Shown here: piece by piece, positions 45,601-58,343 of the stretch
Layout of the letters: each line of letters begins with the position of its first letter
Numbering within the stretch: the stretch's first letter is position 1
Assembly (NCBI GenBank): GCA_026025795.1
Contig: JAPEUG010000003.1
Location: 62,001-126,000, forward strand
Origin: Thelocarpon superellum
Taxonomy: Eukaryota
Direction: 5' to 3'
Length of the DNA stretch: 64,000 bases
The notes under the pieces: model-generated
Databases searched by the model: none
Told to the model about the DNA's origin: nothing
Seen by the model: the letters and a program-made list of their open reading frames with translations, nothing else
Position numbers and translations under genes: made by a program

Positions 45601-47712
45601 GAGCGGCCCATAACGAGCCTCTCGCAGACGTCGGGTTGGGTGCAGTTCAACGACGCGGAGGTCAGCAGCTGGGATCCGGCCAACCTGGCGGCGCAATGTT
45701 TCGGCGGCCCGGAGGGCTGGCCACAGGTGCGCGGCGAGCCGGCGCTGTTACCGCCCAAGCAGTACAGCGCATACATGCTCTTCTACCAGCGCGCCTCGGC
45801 GCTGGCGGCGGAGCAACAGTCGCAGCAGTCCTTCAGCGCCGGCTGTCCCAAGAAGCTCCCCGTGCCGCGGGCGCTGGGCAATTACATCGCGTGCGAGAAT
45901 GAGCTCTTCATCCGCAAGTACTGCCTCTGCGATCCCTTCCACGCACCCTGGGTGCGGTCGATGTTGAACCTCCTGCCGCGCGTGCACCCGAGCCCGGGCA
46001 CGGCGGATCATGAGACGGAGCGGTTGGCCATCGGCCTCACGGTGCAGCACGTGGACCAGATCGTGGGCCGGATGAAGGACGCGCCGGACGTCGAGAGCCT
46101 GCTCGCGTCGCTCGTGCGGATCGTGGCCGCGTGCCCGCGGTGTTGCAAGCTGGCAATCGACGAGATCACCAGCAACCCGGAGCTCATGCGCAATCTGCTC
46201 CTGCGCTGCCCCATGGCCAAGCTCCGGCACGACTTTGCCCTCTTCTTCATGACGGCGCTCCGGGCGCTCCGGGAAGATGACGCCAAAGCCTACGGGATCG
46301 AGCTGGTGCAGGAGGAGCCGCTGGAGTGGACCGAGGGCGCGGGCGCGTTTCAGGACGTGCTGGGCTGCATGGACGGGTTCTGGGAGGTGATTGAGTGCCA
46401 CATGCGCGCCTGGGACGACTACTTTGGACTGCTGGTGCAACTGGCCAGCCTGGGCGAGCCAGAGCTCATCGCAGTGCTGCACGAAGGCTTCCTCCGGCGC
46501 TGCCTCGAGGTTCTGGTGGCCGACTACCACGCGGAGCTGCGAGTGGAGTACGAGCGCATGCTGCGACTGATGTCCAAGGGGCGCAAGGTATCGTACCACC
46601 GCCTGATTGAGCTGCTGAGCCTGTTGCTGTGCCGGCTGGACCTACAGAACCGCCGGCTGGCGCGGCATGAGGAAGAGCGCACGGCGCAGGCGGGCCTCGA
46701 CTCGTACCCGCTCACCAAGGACGAGGAGGCGTGCCTGGTGCTGCACCTGCGGCACAACAAGAGCCTGGTCTTCCTTTCCAAGATACTAGACGTCAACCAC
46801 AATCCGGTGGCGGCGCGCAGCATCGTGGCGCACCTAGTGCTGGCGGAGCCGCCCTTTGGCTGGCTGCACAACGTGCACAAGACCCTGGCCGCGGGCATTG
46901 CCATCGATCCGGCCTCGCTCGCGGGACCGTATCTGCAGGCGGCCGTGACCTTTTGCGAGTACGCGCCGGGGACGAGCGAGGTCAAGGATCTCATCTTGCG
47001 CACGGCGCGCGAGGTCGACACGATTGGGGGGTACGGGGGCTACGAGCACCTCCAGTTCTTCCGCTCGCTCGTGGCTGTGCGCAACCTGCGCTGGCCGAAC
47101 CTGCTGGACTTCTTCCACCTGCGCGTGCTCGAGGCCATGCGCTTCTGGGCGCCGGTGCTCCTGCTGTACTACGACCGCAGCGTGCGCCTCGAGACGGAAG
47201 CGTTGGTGAACAAGATCGCCTTTGACTACGACGTTCCGGCCGACGAGCACGCCGAGCGCGTCACGGACACGATCCAGCGTGCGGCGCGCGAGCTGGGCGC
47301 GGCCTGTCTACATCGGATCCACGAGCAGTACATCGGGCCCAACTCGCACACGGACTCGAAATTCGTGGCGCCCATCTGTCGGGTGCTTGGTCGATGCCGC
47401 GATTACTTTGAGGAGGTAGAGGATACGGACTTTGGCCGGCAGTTTCGTGGTATGGTTGGCCCCGGATGCTCTGACATGCTGATGGGAGGACCGTGCTGAT
47501 GAGAGGCAGTGGTGATGGCTCAACTCATGGATCTGGCGGTGGAGGAGGTGGAGGACGTGGCATCTGGTCGGTGGTCTTTCACATCCTGCGTTGTTGAGCT
47601 GGTGGCTAACGTCGGACTGGGCACAGAAGAATGGGACAACGATTCCAACATGGCCAGCGACTCGTCGGAGATTGATCCAACGTCGCAAGCCGTGGAGCTG
47701 TCCTCGCCATAG
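39648..47712 (+). CDS. Large ubiquitin C-terminal hydrolase (USP34/USP24-like, C19 family), ~6 exons
   Basis: Cys box GYVGLHNLSNTCYLNSLFTQLF, QMDVDEFYNLLFD, LIFHLKRFDFD, His box GVLVHSGTAESGHYYS, FNDAEV, SAYMLFYQR; long N-terminal helical region; GT-AG introns near 43401, 44083, 44358, 47450, 47567. Confidence 0.9.
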
Positions 47713-48603
47713 GGATCGCGCCGATTCATGCCGCCGACTACGCTCTCCTCCTGCCGCATGATCGGGGTGTCTGTGCCCGTGCTGGCAGGCGTTTGGCACG
47801 GGCGTCTCGGTCGTCATCTTCTTCCGCGCTTGTGTGATGAACGGTTCGGGATACACGGGACAGGGAGGGAATGGGAAGAGATGGGACGCGCTCGACAAAA
47901 CAGAAACGTGTGGGACGGATAGAGGCGTTGGGATTCTTTCGCAGCAGCGGCGAGATTGGTGGAGAAGGCGAGGGATCAGTCGGTTGATTGGTCCACTGCA
48001 CAGGATCTTGCATCTCTCGCCTTTCTCGCTGTCTGTATTCAGATTTCTTTGTGTCACGAACGGGAGAGGGATGAAGAGACCCGGGAGGCAGGACGTTGCT
48101 CCTCCCTCCGTCGTCGCCGTCTCTACTCTTCCCCGTCACCTTCTTTTTCCCCTTCACTTTTCCCTCCAATTCTCGACCACATGCACCGCGCCTGTCCAGT
48201 GCTCTTCGTTCATCTTCCTCGCGTCACTGAACCCTCGGTCGATTGGACGAGGGACGAAGGATGAAACCAGGTCGGGTCGGGTCGGGTCGGGTCAGAGGGG
48301 ATCAAAGCAGATGGAATGGATTCGGATGGGATATGAAGCATAGCGAGGAAGGAAGCGTGGTGTCTGTCAGTCGGCGCATCGTATCGACGAAAGCATGCAC
48401 AACACAGATCGAACAGCCCTAGATCAGCCAGCCAGCCAGTCATTTAGTTGGTCAATCGACTTGATAGAATATTCATAATGCATGCAGCACGCAACCTTTA
48501 CAGATGACTCGCCGCTACTGAACTGACTGAGAAATGTCTCGCCGTTGGAATCTACTATACATCTACCTATCTACCCAGCTGGCTAGCGGGCGGAACACGA
48601 CCC

Positions 48604-50276
48604 TCACACATCCTCAAATTCAACTTGGTCGTCGTCGTCGTCGTCTTCGTCCTCTTCACTGTCCTTCCTCTCCGCCTCGGTGGTCTGGTCCGCCTTGACT
48701 GGGCCATGTGTGGGATTCGGCGTCGATGCCGAGCCGGATGTGGGAGTGGACGTGGACGTGGATGCGTGGTCGAGTTTCACGCGCTTGCTGGGGCTCGTTT
48801 CTTGTCCTGCTGCTGCTGCTGCTAGTTTTCCATCGATATTTGTGCTAGTGATCGCTGTGGCGGTGGCGGTGGCGGTGGTGCCGTTGGTAGGGGTGGGATG
48901 AGTCGGAGCATTGACGTCCACGACGACGTCTTCGAACTCCCCTTCGTCCTCCTCTTCATCCTCTCCCGCCTCCTCATCTTCCTCTTCTCCCTCCTCTCCC
49001 TCCTCTTCCTCCTCATCTTCAAGTTGCTGCGCCATGGCTTCCTTCTCCTTCTCTTGCGCCATGAGCTGATAATAGCCCGCTAGTTCGTCGTTCAGTTCCT
49101 CGGTCTTGCGTTTCTCCTCCGTGCCCGCTTCGTCGATCTTCGTCGTGGTGCTGCTCGCGGTCACGGCCACGGCGACGCGATCGTGTGCCATGGTTCCAGC
49201 TGCGCCCACGCCCGCGTCTGCGCCTGCGCCATTGCCCGCTCCCGTGCTGTAGCCCGTGACGGTGCTGTTGCTGATCCACACCGGCAGCGCGTTCTGCTTC
49301 GCCAGCGCGGCCTTGCGCTCTTCGTCCGCCGCTTGCTCGGCCAATGTCCTTTCGTCCGTCGATGTCAGTGATACCTCGATCTTCTGCGCGGCGGTCTGCG
49401 AGAGTCCCTTGACTGCCGTGGGGATCCCGCCCGACGCTCCGTTCAGCGGGACAGAGGGCGCGATGGGGTTCGTCGTTTGGTTCCGTAACACGGGCACGGC
49501 GACGCTGATCGCCTTTTCGAAGGAGGAGCTGGGCTCGTTAGTCTGGATGCAAGGGAAGGTGTGGGAGGGATGGACGGACTCGGGGATGAAGACGTCGTCG
49601 ATCTGAGGGAGCAGCTCCAACAGCGGCTTCAGCTGGCTGTTGAGCTTGCTCTGCTTCTCGTGCCCGCCCCGGTCGCCCGCCACGCTCTCGTCTCGTTGGA
49701 GCAGGCCGCCGCATCGATGGCACAGGAAGCCCTCCGGGCCGATGTTGTCCAGGACCTCCAGCGCCGTCCACTGGGCTTTGCATCGCGGGCAGAAGTAGTC
49801 CTTCTTCTCCTCCGTCGGCTTGATCATGCCCTCGACCTCCTTGCCCACGCGGTACATGCGGTATTTGATCGCGTCCAGCGTCTGGCGGTAGTCGACGTAG
49901 TAGTAGGTCTTGGTGATGGGCCGCTGCGTGCCCTCGCGCGCTTCTTGCCGGTTGTGGCTGCCAGTCCATCAACACCACGGGGTCCATCCATGACGGGGCG
50001 AGAGAGGGGCGAGAGAGGTGCATACACGGCCAGCAGTCGGTGCTCCTCCAACTTCGCACAGAGCTTGCGCAGTTCTTTGGTCTGCATGCCGAGCAGATGG
50101 GCCAGGTCATCATCGCGGAGACTGGTCCGCATCTCCCGTCAGCGCCGGCGGGACACGGGGACAGGGGGCGGGAGATCCTACGCCGAGTGGACCATCAGCG
50201 CGTCCACCACCAAGACATGTTTGGTCTCGTAGAAGGCGCGCGCCACGCTGCGGATGAGGGTGTTGGCGAGGTCCAT
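48604..50276 (-). CDS. TFA1: Transcription initiation factor TFIIE alpha subunit, 4 exons
   Basis: MDLANTLIRSVARAFYETKHVLVVDALMVHSA/LRDDDLAHLLGMQTKELRKLC, TYYYVDY..DAIKYR, Zn ribbon YFCPRC..FLCHRC, QNALPVWISNSTV, acidic EFEDV tail. Confidence 0.95.
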
Positions 50277-50702
50277 GGTGGAGGGTCCGACGGGGAAAGG
50301 AGTGAGCCTTCCACCCAGAAGGATCGTGAGAGCAAGAAGGTGGCAAGATGTCAAGTCTCTCTATCGTCCAGGCAAGACGGGCGGATGCGTCGGGATGGGA
50401 CGGTGAGGGCACACGAAGCAACCAGTCCTCGACCGCTCCATTTCAGGCATGTAGGGCAAGCTGTTACGGAGGCTATTGACCGGGCATTGTTCTCCAGCCA
50501 GCTTGTCACTTGCATAACGGGACAGCAGTCACAGACCCTCCGGAGAGCCGTGTGGCACGGGGGGGGAGCTGGTAGGGCTGAGGTAGCGAGACGACCCCCA
50601 CCCGGGCTGCATCCATTCACCGTCCGCTCTTTCGACACCACGCCGGCGGCCATTGAACGCTGCCACGGTCACAGCATGGTGGTAGTAGACCATGCGCCAG
50701 CT

Positions 50703-52609
50703 ATGGCGTCGACTCCTCCACCAAGGCACGGCCCCAAGGAGCATCCCATCGACGCCACATCCACGTCTGACGCTGCTCCCGACCCCACGGCCGCGGAGTC
50801 GAGAGGCGACAGGCCCGGCGGCCGTGGCCCGAATCGACCACGACGTGACGATGCCGGGCCGGGCCGAGGCAAGGGGAAAGACTGGGGACGGCGGGCCAAG
50901 AGAGGAGACAAAGGTCGAGGAGCATGGAGGTACCTACTCAGGCGCCCACTCTCTCGACATGACTAACTAATCAAGTCGGACGCCGCTAGACAAGAGAGCC
51001 CGCCGTGAGGGCGAGCCCGCGGCCAAGAAGCGTCGGACGGCCGTGGAAGGGGAGGAAGAGGTGGGCGATGCGGCCGGGGACGAGGCAGGGGCGGAGGAGC
51101 GGAAGCCCAAGCGTAAGGTGGCCGTCTTGATCGGATATTCGGGGACGGGCTACAAGGGCATGCAATTGTGAGGCGCGGCAGATGGCCTGACAGACATGGA
51201 CTGACCAGTGCAGGAACGCGACGGAGAAGACGATCGAGGGGGACCTCTTTGAGGCCTTTGTCGCTGCCGGAGCCATCTCCAGGGCCAACTCCGACGACCC
51301 GAAGAAGTCCTCGTTGGTCCGGTGTGCGCGGACCGACAAAGGCGTCCACGCCGCCGGCAATGTCATCTCGCTCAAGCTGATCGTGGAGGAGGCGGACGTG
51401 GTGCAGAAGATCAACGACCACCTCTCGCCCCAGATCCGCGTCTGGGGCATCCAGCGCACCAACGGCAGTTTCAGCTGCTATCAGTTGTGTGATTCCCGCA
51501 TCTACGAGTACCTCATCCCCACCCACGCCTTTCTCCCGCCCCATCCTCGCTCGCCGCTGGCCAAGGTCTTGCTCCAGGCGGCGGAAGCCACCGACCTGGA
51601 CGGGTACAAGTCTCGGCAGGAGGAGGTCGCGTCCTTCTGGAACGAGGCCGAGCAGCGACATCTCCAACCGGTGCTGGAGACCATCGACCCGTCCATCCGA
51701 TCGGCCGTGCTCGCCACCGTCTATGCCAGTCACGACGATGGACAGCCACAGCCTGACGACGACGTGCCCGCCAAGCCACTCGACCAGATCCTCGACAGCG
51801 ACGACGAGGCGCCCGGCGACGCGAAGCGTCCCACCGTACCCAAAGTCACGGACGGCAACGGAGAAGAGGCGTCGCAAGCGATCCGAGCAGAGCGAGCCAG
51901 GATGGACGAAGCCATCCGCAAAGCAAAGGCGGCCAATCTGCGCGCCAAGAAGAGCTACCGCATCTCTCCCGCGCGTCTCCAGCGGATCCGGGACGCCCTC
52001 GCGCTGTACCACGGCACGCGCAACTTCCACAACTACACGCCCGACAAGAGCTTCTACGACCCGAGCGCGAAGCGGCACATCAAGAGCTTCGTGGCCGACG
52101 CGCCGCTGATCATCGGCGACACGGAGTGGGTGTCGCTGAAGGTGCACGGCCAGAGCTTCATGATGCATCAGATCCGGAAGATGGTCGGCATGGTCGCCCT
52201 CGTCGTCCGTGCCGGCTGTGTGCTGGACCGCGTCGCGGAGAGCTACGGCCCCGCGCGCCTCAGCATCCCCAAGGCGCCCGGCATCGGCTTGCTCCTGGAA
52301 CGGCCCATCTTTGACTCCTACAACGACCGCGCCGCCAAGGAGTATCAGCGCGAGCCCATCGATTTTGGCAAGTACGAGGCAGAAATCAAGGAGTTCAAGC
52401 AGCGCGAGATCTACGAGCGCATCTTCCGCGAGGAGGAGCAGGAGAACCAGTGAGTTGATGTGATGTGGTATGGCATGCGCCGGCCCAATGCTCACGGCCC
52501 TTCCAGCTTCCATGCCTTCTTCGCCAATGTCGATGCGCTGTCCAACGACCAACTCCGCTTCCTGACGTCCCATGGTCTCGCAAAGGATCCGAAGAAAGGA
52601 GGATCGTGA
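50703..52609 (+). CDS. PUS1: tRNA pseudouridine synthase 1, 4 exons
   Basis: RKPKRKVAVLIGYSGTGYKGMQ, KTIEGDLF, RCARTDKGVHAAGNVISLK, CDSRIYEYLIP, GTRNFHNYT, HGQSFMMHQIRKMVG, IPKAPGIGLLLE; last exon ends TGA 52607-52609. Confidence 0.96.
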
Positions 52610-52865
52610 TGTATGTACATTTAGACGGGCGTCCATTCTGTCGTCGTGGTTCTCGTATCAGACACTCGTGGTGGACGAGCCTGTCCTTCCCTACCGCTCT
52701 CGTACTGTAGCTGCATCGGCCACAGGGTCTTTATGAGACGCAAAAGATGTCCCGTGACACGAGCGGCGAGCATCGTCCACGCCGACGAGCCGGACGCCGC
52801 GTCCGGCACCGTGCTGCGGACAATGGGATGGCGAGCGAGGGTGTGGCCCGAGTCCTCTCGACCAT

Positions 52866-53456
52866 TCACAATCCCCCCTGCACCGAAAAAGACGAGATGA
52901 GCAAGACCAAGACGTTGATGATGGACCAGATGAAGGGGATCCACGTCGACATCTTGAAGAAGCCGGCATTGTAGACGGCGCCGAGACTGCGTGGCTCAGG
53001 TGATGTCAGTCCCGTTGATAGAAGACGCAACGTGCGTAGCGAATGGCGAAGAACCGGGGCAAGTGGAACATACATCAACCCGACCACGCTCCCAGCGAGC
53101 AGAGCCTCGATGCCGGCGACAAAGGCATAGATGATGGGCACGACCCACACAAACTTCCAGCTCTTCCACAACATGGCGACCGCATAGGCGCCGGCGGCCA
53201 GGTGAAAGGCACCATAGACGATCAAGGTCCACAGGAGCGTGAAGCGCCAGATGTCGCTGCTGTAGTAGAGGTACTTGGCCACGTCGGGCGAGAAGGTCGG
53301 GTTGATCTGGATGGAGAGGTAGTAGAGTGAGGGGAAGGGCGGAGTGGTATAGCCGATGGGCGCCGGATTCTGATTGCTGTGATGGTCAGCCACAGCCACG
53401 CACCACGAGCGAGTCATCCATCGAGTCGGGACGGAATACTGACTTGAGGGTCGCCA
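52866..53456 (-). CDS. TMEM170-family small integral membrane protein, 3 exons
   Basis: GYTTPPFPSL, YLYYSSDIWRFTLLWTLI, LLAGSVVGL/LGAVYNAGFFKMSTWIPFIWSIINVLVLLISSFSVQGGL; three hydrophobic helices. Confidence 0.85.
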   Translation of the reverse strand, partial: WRPSSQYSVPTRWMTRSWCVAVADHHSNQNPAPIGYTTPPFPSLYYLSIQINPTFSPDVAKYLYYSSDIWRFTLLWTLIVYGAFHLAAGAYAVAMLWKSWKFVWVVPIIYAFVAGIEALLAGSVVGLMYVPLAPVLRHSLRTLRLLSTGLTSPEPRSLGAVYNAGFFKMSTWIPFIWSIINVLVLLISSFSVQGGL

Positions 53457-53710
53457 TGGTCGCCGGGGTCGCCGGGGTCGCCGGGATCGCCGACCGTGGG
53501 ATACGCCGGGGGAGGGAGGGCCCGTGGGGAGCTCCTCGTCAATGACGTTGGGTGCCGATCATAACATGGATCAGCGCCGGGTAAGTCGGAGTGAGTGGCA
53601 TCGCGTAGCCTCGGCATCATCGCCCAACGCCGCATGGCCGAGAGCTACCTGACCGCACCCAGAACGTCTCATACCATTGACGTCTCGGGCATGAGAGCGG
53701 TGGACCCAAT

Positions 53711-56099
53711 ATGCCCGCCGATCGTGCCCTGGGATCATTGCTGCGCTCCCTTCACACCGCGCGGGGACCCCCGGAGCAGGCGCAGTAGGTGCTGGCGGGA
53801 GAGCCCCCAAGACCAAGCTAACACGCGCACAGGCTAACCTCCACGGCGGCGTCGCTCCTACTCTCCCTCTCCAACCCCCTCAATGTCACTCTCTTGACCT
53901 CGCAAGTGCTCGCCGCGCCGGCCTTCTGGAGCCGACCCGACGGACTCCGGACGTGTCTCCGGGTCCTGAGCATTTTCCACTCCGCCAGCCGCGCCCGGCT
54001 GAAGCACGGCGATGGACGACATGCGAGCCGGGTCGGGGACGCAGCGGGCGTGACGGATCGAGATGAGTGGGTCAAGGCCATCGTCCGTGGGGCAGACGAG
54101 AAGTCGCCGCGGTGGCGCCATCTCTTGGTGCTCGGCGGGGTGTTGCTCGGCTTCGACGTGCCCGAAGGAGATGCGTTGCCTCATGGCTTACGACGTGACC
54201 TGGAGGCGGCCCTGGTCAAAGCGGCCAATCTTGCCCTCGAGGTTGCGCCGGGACGGGCTGGGCTGGAGGGGCATTGTGTCACCTTTGTCCTGAATCACGC
54301 CTTTTCCCTGCTCTCCCACCGTGCTCGATCGGAGCTGGCTTATGACGTACGTGAGATGACGAGCATGCACGAGGGACCATGACTTACTGGAACAGGCACT
54401 ATTACCAGTACTGGTCGAGGCCGTCTTTCTCTCGTCCGAAGGCTTTCAATCGGGATACTTTTTGGCGGCCATTGATGGAGATGTCAAGCAACATTCGGGC
54501 GAGAAGTTTGCCTGGTCGGTGAGTAGAAGGTTGGCCGCAGGCCGAAGGCATGTGTTGACGGGTGTTCGTAGGCCCAATCTCCCACCTTTCTCCGACTACA
54601 AGAGATGAACGCCCGACCGCTATTCGCCGCCATGGGACCATTGTCACGACTGATAGCACACACGGCAGAATGCGTGAAGGATCCCTTACTGGTGCGGGCA
54701 GCGCTTGAACAGCTCTCCATCTTCTCTCGGACGATGGTGGTAAAGTGGCGGCGGAACAAGCTCTCGGAGATTGATTTCTCAGAGGAGGGGGGGTATCTCG
54801 ACGCCACGGCGCTCAAAACGACCCTTCCCGCCCTCTGGCAGACGCTCAAGACGGCCCTGTTCGCCACCGTGACCGTCTTACGAGGCGCCATGGCACGGAT
54901 CCTACAGGACCGGGTGCTGGCAGATGACCGACGTGAGTGACGGCCCCTGGCACCCATGACGGCCGAACCTAACCCAGCCAGACGCGCCCTTTCTGGCACG
55001 GCAGATCCTCCACACCCTACGAAGCCTGTACTTCATCTCCTCGCGACTGGGCGCCAACGCTTTCTCTGCGACAGTCTTCGTCTCCCTATCCGCCATCGAC
55101 ATCCTGTCGCGCTACCCCGCGCACGCCGAGGCTTATGTGATCGAGATCCGGCCCAGCGAGCTTGGCCGCATACCGAAGCACCCGCTGGACCGGAGCCTGG
55201 ACCTCAACTTCCTCAACACCGTCGAGCACATGACGCCCGTGCTCAGTCCGCGCGTCAACGAGGACCTCCTCGTTGCGGCCGTAACGCCGTATCTGACTTC
55301 GGGCGGGAACCCGAATCTCCGCGAGATCTTCGAGGCCGCGCACAGCGTCATGCTGGCTGTGTTGTCCACGCCGCACAATGCGGAATTGACGGCGAGGATC
55401 ACGCCATTTTATGTCGAGTCCTTATTCCAGGTGCGACACCCTTACCCACTTGCCCAGCGACCCGCTTCCTCCTCCCTTGCCACGGACACTAACAGCCGAC
55501 AGACCTTCCCACGGAATCTCTCGGCGCGCCAATTCAGACTCGCCTTCAAGAGCGTGATACGTATCTGCTCGCCGCCGTCCCCGCTCTCCCGCACGGCGCC
55601 AGATCTGGCACCCGTGCTGCTGGAACTACTATTGCTTAGGGCGCAGAACGCACCCAACACACCCCTCCCGCCGCCTCCACCCTCTGCCTTTCCCACTCCT
55701 CCCTCCACCCGTCCAGCAAGGAGGGGAGAAAGAGCAGGAGCCCGAGACGAAGAAGAAGCAGGGGACGAGCCGACCGAGGCGACCATAATAGCACTCACGC
55801 TCCTCGACTCCCTCCCGTATCTCTCCCTCCCCCTGCTCGAGGAATACCTCCCCCCCGTCGCGCAGATGACGCGGTCGATTGCCGACCCGGTCCAACGAGA
55901 CATCGTGACCGCGCGCTTCTGGGACGTCGTGAGTGCAGGTGAGATGGACGTCCAGCGGGCCGCGAGGTGCGTGGCGTGGTGGGGTACGAGAGGCGGCAGG
56001 GAGGCCGTCCTTGGTCTTCCTGCGCAGGGGGACGAGCGCGGATATGGAAAAGGAGGCGTGGGCGTGGGCGTGGGCGTGGAGATGTCAGGTGCGTTGTGA
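53711..56099 (+). CDS. PEX8: Peroxin 8, ~6 exons
   Basis: MPADRALGSLLRSL/..AASLLLSLSNPLNVTLLTSQVLAAPAFW, WRHLLVLGGVLLG, WRRNKLSEID, LFATVTVLRG, FEAAHSVMLAVL, FPRNLSARQFRLAF, EMDVQRAARCVAWWGTRGGRE. Confidence 0.88.
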
Positions 56100-56224
56100 T
56101 GATGCATTGTGAATGTCTTCCGTCGTTCGCCTCTGTAGATAAGGAGGTAATGATGTGTATGGAGGGGTAAACGGAGGATGGACAAGGATGATGATATGGT
56201 ACAAGACCATGCTGCACGTCTGCC

Positions 56225-58343
56225 CTACCTCGCCCCCCTATATTTCCCCATGCGTTGCTCCATTGCCAGACTCTCCTGCTGTGAGGGAAGCGGGCCTCGT
56301 TTCCGTATACTTGCTGCGGCTGCCGCCGCCGCGGCTTCAATGCCCGCCCCTCCCATTCCTCCTCGGTCGTAATACGCGGCGTTAGGATCCTGCGCACCGT
56401 ATGATGGATGCGAATTGCCACCGGCACCGGCACCGGCACTCGCGAGCGCACCAAACGACGGCATTTGGAAGCCCGCAGGCAGCAACCCAGGCGGGATGAC
56501 CATGCCCGGTTGGAGGGGCGGCGGAGGGGGCGGAAGCGCGCCGTTTGCTGCACCGGGGACTAACCTCGCGCCGGCGCCGCTCATGAACGCCGCGAGCTGT
56601 GCAAAGTCCGGCTGTGCGCTTCCCCCTGCGGCCTGCAGCCCCGGGAGGCCGGTGGCATGTCCGCCGTGCAGAGGAGGTGGGGGTGGGGGCGGGAGAGCTG
56701 TCATGCCTGGGAAGTGCGCCTGGGGTCCACCGACACCGGCCGAGGGAGAAGCGTTGGGTAGACCGGGTATCCCCGGGATGCCTGGGAACGAGGGCGCTTT
56801 GGCGGGCATCTGCTGGTCGACTAGCCCATCGGCTTCGTCTTCGACTTCCTGGGCCCGCTGTTCGCGCAGCTGCTTGCGCATTTCTTGCCGGTCGTACGTC
56901 CCCTGTGCTTCCGCCGCCGCTTCGCCGATGTGGTATCGATCGTTGAAGCACGCGCGTTCGCCCGGTCGCGGTCGGCTCCAGAAGCGCGTGATGCGGTCGT
57001 TGGATCCCGAGGCGAGGATATGGCCCAGCGGATGCCAGTCGAGGGACCAGATGGCAAAGTCGTGCGCGTACGGGAGTCGGTGGGCCGGGTAGACGGACTG
57101 CGCCGGCGCGAGGGATGGATCGGGGCTGTCGTAGGGGGCGGCGGAGATCGCGATGCCGGGCGGCGGGTTGGGTTCGTCGAGGAGGTAATGGAACAGACTC
57201 CCGTCCGACCCGCCCGTGCTGAGGAGCGAGAGGTGCACGGGATGCCACGCGATGGTCGAGATGTCCTTGTCATGCCCCTTGAGCAGACAAATGTCCCGCA
57301 TCATGCGGAGGTCGAACACCCGCGCCACCTGGTCTCGCGCGCACGTCGCCAGGAGCTGGCCTCGCGTCGGCTCAAAGAGGGTTTTGGAGATGGTGTTTTT
57401 GTGTCCGCGGAGCGTCGTCAGACATCGTCCCGTCCGGGGATCCCACAGTTTGACCAAGTGGTCCTTGGACCCGGACACTAGCAATCCCTTGGTCGGATGC
57501 CAATCCACCGACTTGGCATCCCAGTTGTGGCCCGTCAAGACCGATTCTTCCACGCCGCCCGCAAAGTCGAAGATCTTCAGCGTCGAGTCGTCCGAGGCCG
57601 TGACGAATTTCGAGTCGCTCGGGCTGTACGCCAGATCGCGAATCGGGTCGTTGTGCGCTTGGATAACCTTGACGTTGTTGAAGTTGGGCTGCCAGTATTT
57701 CACCACCCCGTCTTGGTCGGCCGAGAGCAGCCAGTCATCGCTGTGAGAGTAGGATGCAGCGCGAATGGCGGAATCGTGCGCCTGTTCACCCGTCAGCTAC
57801 CCGGCCCCCGGCCCCGGCCCCGGCCCCGGCCCCGCGTCCGGTATCAGATCACGGACCTGCATGATGGTCTCAAAGTTGAATCCCATCCCATTCCATAACG
57901 TAAACTCCCCGCTGCTCGAGGCCGTCAACAACCGGCGTCCCTCAGGGGTCCATCGCACGACGTTGATCGGGTGTTTGATCTTGTTCAGGGAGGCATGGAG
58001 ATGTTTGGCCGGGATCGCATCGACCGGATTGCTGAGCTTGGCGGCGGGAGGCAACATCTGCCCACGGTATCAGCACCGGTCTTTCCCCCCCCACGACATA
58101 CCCACATCGACCTCGTAGCTGGCGCTCGGCCGCTCCACTTCCCCACCCCCGTGACCCTTGTAACGCGCGTGTCGCACCTGCATCCAGTGTACCATACTCG
58201 CGCCATAGTCGGTCAATGGTCCTGAGGCCAGTCAGCCGAGATTCATTTACCACGTCGCCATTCTCACTTCGTCCGCGTATCCTGGGGGGCCCCCCATCAT
58301 GGCCACCGCCGGCATGCGCCCCAGCATAGTCTCGTTCCATCAT
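56225..58343 (-). CDS. PFS2: Polyadenylation factor subunit 2 (Pfs2/WDR33, WD40), 4 exons
   Basis: [110 protein letters not shown]. Confidence 0.96.
57805..57834. repeat. (CCCCGG)n repeat inside a PFS2 intron
   Basis: cccccggccccggccccggccccggcccc read directly. Confidence 0.85.

Noticed and set aside
50963..52636. 557-aa minus-strand ORF
   Set aside because: Antisense shadow of PUS1; strong GC3 codon bias removes stops on the opposite strand, and there is no domain signal.
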